Below, piece by piece: positions 56,091 to 62,707 of a stretch of DNA of 64,000 bases. The stretch is taken from contig JAZLHE010000044.1 of assembly GCA_045616665.1 (NCBI GenBank), positions 1,944-65,943 on the forward strand, in the 5' to 3' direction. Positions within the stretch are counted from its first letter, which is position 1, and every line of letters starts with the position of its first letter. The position numbers were made by a program, and so were the translations under genes. The notes under the pieces were generated by a model. The model worked only from the letters and a program-made list of their open reading frames with translations, did no database searches and was not told the origin of the DNA. This DNA comes from Bacteroidales bacterium (GTDB lineage Bacteria > Bacteroidota > Bacteroidia > Bacteroidales > WCHB1-69).

Positions 56091-57914
56091 TCACAAACAA
56101 TAATAATATTTCTTAATTAAATTCGTCATTTTTGTGCGACGCATCTCAAGAAATTCATCATATTGCGTATGATCCATCTTCAAGATTTCTGCTGGGATAC
56201 AGTTGTCTTCCAAATTCTTCAAAAACTCATCCTCGGATTTGACAGCCTTGAATGATGACTCCGTTTGCTTTTGGATCTCCATCAGAGCATCATTAAAATA
56301 TTCGCTGGGCGCCTTTTTCCCAATTTTAATATTGACGGGCGTATCCAGATAGGCGTAATTGGCTACCTGATTGTATTGATTTTTCTCATACCCATTGTCC
56401 ACTAGATATTTTTTGGGGAAAATGTGATGGATGTCACCACCTAAATTCACCAATTCACTTACGGGAATGTGAGACAGCAGAGAATCTCTCTTGAAGAAAA
56501 TCTGTGCAGCCAAAAATACCTGATAAGTCGGATTGATGGAGGAAACGTATGTCAGATTCTGGTTCAGTTGGATGTTCCAGAAATTGTCTGACAGGTTGGC
56601 ATCTTCGATGGATTTCAGAGTGGCCTTAACACCGATTTCTCCAATCAGACGGATGTCTTTGGCAAAGGCAGTTTCAGGTGAAGAACTATAACGGCCCGTG
56701 AGGACGGAGAGCACGTACCAGCGCTGTACCAAGCTCTTGATTTCGTCCACCGGAACTTCCTTCGTTTCTTGAAGAATTAGATACACGGCGTATGCGAAAT
56801 CAATGGCCATAACGGAATTGACCAGCTTTTTTGATATAAAGCCAGCGGAACGAATAGCCAGCATAAACTGAGTGAAATTGTATTCGTCGATTACATTTTT
56901 CACCCCCGACTTAAGATTCGTATAGGTCTGTTCTACAATCTCTTCTTTGAATTCTTTGGTTTCGAAATCGCGGCCAGAAAGCATAGCCACCAAGTCGCCG
57001 AGTTTGGCGCGCTTGCATTTGTGCATAAACGCCACACGCAGCACGTCGTCGCACTCGGGATCATACACGGTTTCTTTGTCATCCTTCAGCCAACGCAGAA
57101 TGTCAAGGTACTCCGTAGCGGCAAAGACAGCATCGTTTCCCTTAATTTTATTGAAGAAAGTCCCGTCCTTACAGAGATGGGAAAAGTAATCGACCACTTT
57201 CCTAAGGGTATTGCCACCGTGAATTTCATCGGCCGCTATTTTTGACATCACGAAGTCGCCCTGACTGAGTGCCGTTCCTTTGGAATTGATACGGATGAAA
57301 ATATCGGTCACGATGTCAATGTCCAGACTGGCATCAAGTTCGATGACACCGATGTTGCAGTGTTGCAAGTTTTTGAGTCCTTCGATGATGCGGTGCAAGT
57401 CTTCCTGGTCCATTTCCGGATTATCCTCTACATATTTCCCGATGAATTTGAAACTGGAAAAGTCAGACTTGAAAATCTCGGAAATATCTGGAATCCAACG
57501 CTTACTCTTGATATGGGCAGGAGTTTGCACAGCGAAGATTTCAGCATCGGTGCTGTCAGACATTGCGGCAAATGGATCGAAAGCGATTTTCACGCGGCCT
57601 TCACTATAGTCGCTGAAAACCACGTTCTTGCCAGCGATAGCGGTCATCAGAGCCGTGATACGTTGCTGACCGTCGATGAGCACTTTCTTGCCCTCCGACA
57701 GCTGTCCGGTTTTGAGTTTTACGGTAGGATTTTTCCAGATGATGATGTAGCCGGTAGGATAACCCTTGTAAAGAGAATCCATCAAATCTCGCACCTGCGA
57801 TTTCCTCCAAACAAACGGTCTTTGAATTTCCGGAATGGCTATGTCGTTGGCCTCAATCAGACCCAAAATCTGGCTGATAGTCAGTGGATAGTTGTTGTAT
57901 TTCTGTTTATCCAT
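56091..57914 (-). CDS. DUF262 + DUF1524-type (GmrSD-like) nuclease, putative modification-dependent restriction/defence enzyme
   Basis: Start at MDKQKYNNYPL (ATG 57914). N-terminal IPEIQRPFVW and DGQQR (DUF262/ParB-like). C-terminal GDIHHIFPKKYL...NYAYLDTPVN (His-Me finger-like). Confidence 0.8.
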   Translation of the reverse strand: MDKQKYNNYPLTISQILGLIEANDIAIPEIQRPFVWRKSQVRDLMDSLYKGYPTGYIIIWKNPTVKLKTGQLSEGKKVLIDGQQRITALMTAIAGKNVVFSDYSEGRVKIAFDPFAAMSDSTDAEIFAVQTPAHIKSKRWIPDISEIFKSDFSSFKFIGKYVEDNPEMDQEDLHRIIEGLKNLQHCNIGVIELDASLDIDIVTDIFIRINSKGTALSQGDFVMSKIAADEIHGGNTLRKVVDYFSHLCKDGTFFNKIKGNDAVFAATEYLDILRWLKDDKETVYDPECDDVLRVAFMHKCKRAKLGDLVAMLSGRDFETKEFKEEIVEQTYTNLKSGVKNVIDEYNFTQFMLAIRSAGFISKKLVNSVMAIDFAYAVYLILQETKEVPVDEIKSLVQRWYVLSVLTGRYSSSPETAFAKDIRLIGEIGVKATLKSIEDANLSDNFWNIQLNQNLTYVSSINPTYQVFLAAQIFFKRDSLLSHIPVSELVNLGGDIHHIFPKKYLVDNGYEKNQYNQVANYAYLDTPVNIKIGKKAPSEYFNDALMEIQKQTESSFKAVKSEDEFLKNLEDNCIPAEILKMDHTQYDEFLEMRRTKMTNLIKKYYYCL

Positions 57915-57948
57915 ATTTGGATTATTTATAAAATTTCTAATATCTATT

Positions 57949-58926
57949 TTATTCTTTTTCCTCCCCTCTGTCAACAACTTCCCAGTGGCCGCCGCGGTTA
58001 GCACCTATGCGGATAATCACGCCATCGTTAACCAATTGGTTGATATGCTTTTGGGCGTTCCTCTTATTCATTCCCAGGGCTTCTGCCATTTGTTCTACTG
58101 TTACTTTGGCATCTAAGGCAATTAATTCAAGGACGATGTCTTTTGGTGTCTTTTTTGGTGTCTTTTTTGGTGTCGCAATTTTATCTATGGTGTTCAGGAT
58201 ACATTGGAGCATAAACAGGATAAACGTCGAGCTGTTGCCTGCCTTGTCGCTGGAAGCAATCGCCTCGTAGTATTCTTGCTGATGTTCTTTTACCATCGAC
58301 TCTATAGGAATCCATGCGAAAATTGGTCGCCATTGTGCCAGCAAGGCCGTTTGCCACAATCGACCCATACGCCCATTTCCATCGGCAAACGGATGGATAA
58401 ACTCAAATTCGTAATGGAACACGCAGGAACTGATTAGTGGGTGTGTCTTGGTACTTTTTATCCATTCAAATAGATCTCCCATCAACTCAGGCACTCTCAT
58501 TGCTGGAGGAGCGAGGTGCACGCATCCCTGCTCGCCGAACACTCCGACGCCCGAGGTACGCCAACGACCAAATTCCTTTACCAAGCGCTGCATCATCACA
58601 CCATGTGCTTTTAGCAAATCCCTATAATTCAAAGGATCGATATCCGCCAGCAAGTCGTATGCGGCAATAGCGCCTTTCACTTCCTGTATTTCATTCTGAG
58701 GCCCCAATACACGCTTTCCTTCCATAATGGCAGTCACCTGCTCTATGCTCAAGGTGTTGTTCTCTATTGCCAAAGAGGATTGGATGGTCTTGATCCTGTT
58801 TTCTTTGCGCAGCATCGGATGAGGCATTTGATTCGTCATCATCACATTCAGGCCGCCTATCTTTTCGGATATTTCGGCCACGAAAGTCAGCATTTCATCG
58901 GATATGGTAAAAGGCGGTTGATACAT
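57949..58926 (-). CDS. Fic family protein (class II, N-terminal auto-inhibitory helix) with C-terminal winged-helix domain
   Basis: Fic motif HPFADGNGRMGR. Inhibitory motif SLAIEN, which fits [ST]xxxE[GN]. TPKK linker, then a wHTH-like tail. Confidence 0.88.
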   Translation of the reverse strand: MYQPPFTISDEMLTFVAEISEKIGGLNVMMTNQMPHPMLRKENRIKTIQSSLAIENNTLSIEQVTAIMEGKRVLGPQNEIQEVKGAIAAYDLLADIDPLNYRDLLKAHGVMMQRLVKEFGRWRTSGVGVFGEQGCVHLAPPAMRVPELMGDLFEWIKSTKTHPLISSCVFHYEFEFIHPFADGNGRMGRLWQTALLAQWRPIFAWIPIESMVKEHQQEYYEAIASSDKAGNSSTFILFMLQCILNTIDKIATPKKTPKKTPKDIVLELIALDAKVTVEQMAEALGMNKRNAQKHINQLVNDGVIIRIGANRGGHWEVVDRGEEKE

Positions 58927-59014
58927 AATCGCTTGCTATTAGGCTTATTTTTTCAATAATAATAATCGAATCACTTTTTTATAGAAATCCTATTTTCTTT
59001 TTGTTATTGAAGTG

Positions 59015-59022
59015 CAAATATA
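59015..59022 (-). promoter_or_regulatory. -7 box (TATATTTG on minus strand) for the Fic-DUF262 operon
   Basis: The reverse complement of caaatata matches TAnnTTTG. It is embedded in a promoter module paralogous to the cstA promoter. Confidence 0.5.
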
Positions 59023-59079
59023 CGCTTTTTTACCTTATCTTTCCACGATATTTTTCGTATTTATTCACGCCTTGCCGCC

Positions 59080-59108
59080 CACGTCTCTACCAATGGGCAC
59101 GTCTCTAC
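59080..59108 (+). repeat. Direct repeat 2 x CACGTCTCTAC (18-bp spacing), upstream of the Fic promoter and overlapping the cstA stop
   Basis: cacgtctctac at 59080-59090 and 59098-59108. A related cacgtctct lies at 60708-60716, and the reverse complement is at 56036-56046. Confidence 0.8.
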
Positions 59109-60559
59109 CTCCGGATTTTCATCCATCTGCAGAACCAGGCGACAAGCGTTATGGTGGCGACGGCGGCTATCGTTTGTGCAATCCAGGGCGTAAGGCCTTT
59201 GCCTGGGATGTAGGCTCCTGTCGGAGCTTCGAGAATGAACGAGATGGTGACGAAACTCATGAATATGGCGAGAATGAACGACACGAAGTAGTTCTTGCCC
59301 CGTTGGGAGAGATAGACCGTAATGGCCCAGAACGTGAATGCCGCCATGACCTGGTTGCTCCAGGTGAAATAACGCCACACGATGGCAAAATTCTTGGTGT
59401 CGCCTAAACTGAAAACGAGGAATGCGGCACAGACGGCAAAGATGGGAATGCAGATGAGCATGCGGTTACGTATGCTTTTCTGTTCGATATGAAAAGTGTC
59501 GGCCACGATGAGACGCGCTGCACGCAGCACCGTGTCGCCCGTGGTAATGGGAGCGAACACCACGCCGAGGATGGCGAGTACGCCACCGAAAACACCCATC
59601 CAGTTGTGGCAAATGAAATTCACCACCTGCCCTTGGGTGAAGGCCGTTCCGTTGTCCTGATAAAAAGCCGTTGCTGCCGCGGCCCAGATGAGTGCCACGA
59701 TGCCTTCGGCAATCATGGCGCCATAGAACACCGGCTTGGCATGCCTTTCGTTTTTCAGGCAGCGCGCCATCAGGGGCGACTGCGTGGCATGGGAACCGCT
59801 GACGGCACCGCAGGCTATCGACACGAACATCATAGGGAATATGGGCGAAGGGTCGTATTTCGTACCAAAGCTCTCCCACATTTCGGGCAGTGCCGGCCAT
59901 CGCACCAGCAAAGCCACCAGTATCACGATGGCCATGAGGAACAGGCAAATGGCGAAAATCGGGTAGATTTTGCCGATGATCTTGTCAATCGGAAACAGCG
60001 TGGCGACAAGATAATAGCAGAAGATGACGGCGACCCAGAAATAGACATTCATGTAGAATGGCAGTGACGCACTTCCGGCAGTTGCTTCGGTCGCATTCAG
60101 CGAGCCGACGATGATGCTGGCCGGCTGCGAGACGAAGACCGCACCTGCCAGCGTAAGGAAAAGCAGCACGAAGACAATCATCACTTTCTTGACATTCTCG
60201 CCGAGGTAACGGCCAATGAGTTGCGGCAGACTCTCACCATCGTTGCGCAACGACATGACACCCGATATGAAGTCGTGGACGGCGCCTCCGAAAATAGTAC
60301 CGAACACAATCCAGAGATAAGAGGCTGTGCCGAACTGCGCGCCCATGATGGCACCGAAGATTGGACCGAGACCCGCGATGTTGAGGAACTGAATCATGAA
60401 GACTTTCCAAGTGGGCATGGGAACGAAATCGATGCCGTCGGTCCGTGTAAGGGCTGGCGTAGGATTCTGCGGGTTGATGTCAACGATGCGGGCAATGTAA
60501 GCCCCATAGATAAAGTAACCCACGATGAGGATTACTATGGCGATGATGAATGTGTACAT
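59105..60559 (-). CDS. cstA: Carbon starvation protein A (peptide/pyruvate transporter family)
   Basis: 484 aa, polytopic. CstA-like N-terminus MYTFIIAIVILIVGYFIYGAY and conserved FGxIxGG regions. Visibly GC-richer than the flanking genes. Confidence 0.88.
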   Translation of the reverse strand: MYTFIIAIVILIVGYFIYGAYIARIVDINPQNPTPALTRTDGIDFVPMPTWKVFMIQFLNIAGLGPIFGAIMGAQFGTASYLWIVFGTIFGGAVHDFISGVMSLRNDGESLPQLIGRYLGENVKKVMIVFVLLFLTLAGAVFVSQPASIIVGSLNATEATAGSASLPFYMNVYFWVAVIFCYYLVATLFPIDKIIGKIYPIFAICLFLMAIVILVALLVRWPALPEMWESFGTKYDPSPIFPMMFVSIACGAVSGSHATQSPLMARCLKNERHAKPVFYGAMIAEGIVALIWAAAATAFYQDNGTAFTQGQVVNFICHNWMGVFGGVLAILGVVFAPITTGDTVLRAARLIVADTFHIEQKSIRNRMLICIPIFAVCAAFLVFSLGDTKNFAIVWRYFTWSNQVMAAFTFWAITVYLSQRGKNYFVSFILAIFMSFVTISFILEAPTGAYIPGKGLTPWIAQTIAAVATITLVAWFCRWMKIRR

Positions 60560-60597
60560 ACTTTATGTCTTTAAGACTGTTCTCTTTTTTCAACTTG

Positions 60598-60605
60598 CAA
60601 AGATA
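60598..60605 (-). promoter_or_regulatory. -7 box (TATCTTTG on minus strand) for cstA
   Basis: The reverse complement of caaagata matches TAnnTTTG, about 40 nt upstream of ATG 60559. Confidence 0.5.
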
Positions 60606-60866
60606 CGTTTTTTCTCCTTTTCATTCCTACGATAGGTTCCGCATTTATTTGCGCCTTTTCGCCGATGCGAAAGGTTGGAGAAGATTGTGGCAGGGATTGG
60701 CTGGCGCCACGTCTCTGCGGGAATCTCCCAGCAGGTTTAACGCGTGGGATTTTCCATAGGATTTTTTGCAGGGAGGAAGACGTATTACTGGTTAGAATAA
60801 GAGGATAAGGGTGAGCGGAAAGTAGTTGGTATATAGCTCAAATAAGATGTTTTTTGTCGTAAGAAG

Positions 60867-61376
60867 TTATATAGGCAGTGAAAGTCTTCTCTGTATATAA
60901 AGTACCATGCCATTAGTGTCTTTCTTGAATTGTTTTATTTGTTGCCAATAATTCTGATTCGTCAACTGCTTATTACAAATCCATGCTCTGACTTTCTCAA
61001 ATTCATTTTTGCTGTGGTTTTCAAAGAAAAACAACATAGTCTCTTTAATTTGCTCGTCAGCATCTTTTATCCATTCGGATGGGACGAGTTTACGGTCTTT
61101 TAATTCCACAAAAATAATATTCCTTATATTGTCATAACTCAAAATTCCCTCGCAGCGACGTGCATTTGAGTCGTCTTTTCTCTTGACTACAATGCAATTG
61201 TCAACAGGGTAAAATGCGATTTCGAGACCTTGGTTATTTTCAATTATCCCAATCCATTTCCCCTTATTATCAGCGTTAATATATGCTGGCTTCTTATCAT
61301 TGTCGTCGCACAATCCAAATTCGGTAATTTTCGTGGATTGCTTGTTCTCATTTTTGAAATAATCTGTTGCCAGCAT
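60867..61376 (-). CDS. Hypothetical 169-aa protein with candidate PD-(D/E)xK nuclease motif; partner of the upstream ABC-type ATPase
   Basis: Its ATG overlaps the ATPase stop (TAATG). FYPVD(59) ... IIFVE(91)LK(93). No family recognised. Confidence 0.6.
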   Translation of the reverse strand: MLATDYFKNENKQSTKITEFGLCDDNDKKPAYINADNKGKWIGIIENNQGLEIAFYPVDNCIVVKRKDDSNARRCEGILSYDNIRNIIFVELKDRKLVPSEWIKDADEQIKETMLFFFENHSKNEFEKVRAWICNKQLTNQNYWQQIKQFKKDTNGMVLYIQRRLSLPI

Positions 61377-62596
61377 TAGTCTTCGAGTTCTAAAAGTTGA
61401 GAAAACAGTTCGTTTGTTTTACCGAGTTCGTTGTTTAAATAATGCTCGTCTGATGGCAAGTCATTCAAATGCTCTAATTGACCAATCACACCATTCTCGT
61501 CAAGTTCATAAATAACGACGTCTTTTGCGGCAACCAGAGATTTTTCAGGAACGATATTGAATATTTTGTTTTGAACTTCCGTTTTCCCTTTTGTCTGAAG
61601 TTTGGTTTCATTAGCTTGAATAGCCAATGTCAAATAACTGATCATGTATGGGCTGTGTGTCGTAACAATCAGGTTGCAACCTTTGGACGCATTGTTGAAT
61701 TCAAGCAAACTGTACAACATTTGCTGTTGTGAAGTGGGAAACAGATTTTGTTCAGGTTCTTCAACGATGTTTATGATTCTCTTTATGTTGAATTGTGCTG
61801 CCAGATTCGAAAGGAGAATTCTTTTTTGTTCTTCGGTATAGGTAGAGTCTTTAAATATTTTAGCCGATTCTTTTTTGAAAGTCTCTCTTTGTTGCTCGTC
61901 CATTTTCTGTTCGTTCTTCAACAATGTCGTGATATAGCGTCCTACCACATACAAAGGAACAAATGATTGAAATCCGCTGGCTGAATCTGAGAGTTGAATT
62001 TTGTAGTCACCACCCTTAACATACAGAATGTCATTAAGTTTGTTGTATTCAAGAGCCGCATTGCTGATAGGCAGCTGTATGTTTTCTTTTTCTTTAAAAT
62101 TCTCCTTTGCTTCCTGAAATGTTTCTTTGAATTCCTGAAGGGATTGTGACCATAATTTCAAATTGAGATTCCCTTTGGATTTTTTCACTGAAGATACAAA
62201 ATTTCTTTCTGCAGGATAATAAGTGATTTTAGGTAACTGATAAGACGAACCCTCTTTGGTTTTTATCTCTAAATTATGACCGTGTTTGTATGTGATGAAA
62301 TAAGCATCTCCTTCATATTCAATTTCCGTTTCGGTTTTTAAGTATGTGACTATTCGATGATATTCCAGATATTTTTTGAATATTCTTTCCTGTTTTCTGA
62401 ATCTTTGCGTAGAACCATCACTGCGGAACAGATCTTTTTCAATCCACGACAAAGTTGATATAAGTTTGGCAACCGTGCTTTTCCCTGATCCTTGATTTCC
62501 AATCAGCACAGTCACTTTCTTGATATCCATCCAGCCACCATTTTCCTTGAAGCCTTCCTTTATGGGACCGAAATTTTTGATTTTTATCCTACTCAT
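61376..62596 (-). CDS. ABC/SMC-like ATPase (AAA_15/AAA_21-type)
   Basis: Start at MSRIKIKNFGPI (ATG 62596), because the TTG start in the ORF track overlaps the -7 box. Walker A GNQGSGKST, signature-like LSDSASGFQS, Walker B IINIVEEPEQNL, H-loop IVTTHSP. Confidence 0.8.
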   Translation of the reverse strand: MSRIKIKNFGPIKEGFKENGGWMDIKKVTVLIGNQGSGKSTVAKLISTLSWIEKDLFRSDGSTQRFRKQERIFKKYLEYHRIVTYLKTETEIEYEGDAYFITYKHGHNLEIKTKEGSSYQLPKITYYPAERNFVSSVKKSKGNLNLKLWSQSLQEFKETFQEAKENFKEKENIQLPISNAALEYNKLNDILYVKGGDYKIQLSDSASGFQSFVPLYVVGRYITTLLKNEQKMDEQQRETFKKESAKIFKDSTYTEEQKRILLSNLAAQFNIKRIINIVEEPEQNLFPTSQQQMLYSLLEFNNASKGCNLIVTTHSPYMISYLTLAIQANETKLQTKGKTEVQNKIFNIVPEKSLVAAKDVVIYELDENGVIGQLEHLNDLPSDEHYLNNELGKTNELFSQLLELED

Positions 62597-62626
62597 AGCT
62601 GCGTACAATTCTTCAAAATTAATCTG

Positions 62627-62634
62627 CAAAAGTA
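62627..62634 (-). promoter_or_regulatory. -7 box (TACTTTTG on minus strand) for the ATPase/small-protein pair
   Basis: The reverse complement of caaaagta matches TAnnTTTG, 31 nt upstream of ATG 62596. Confidence 0.5.
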
Positions 62635-62707
62635 CTAATTTTTACATTATGTTTTCCACCATATCAAATTTTCCTTTCTAACTTTTTCCCATCTTCCTTC
62701 CCTCCCT

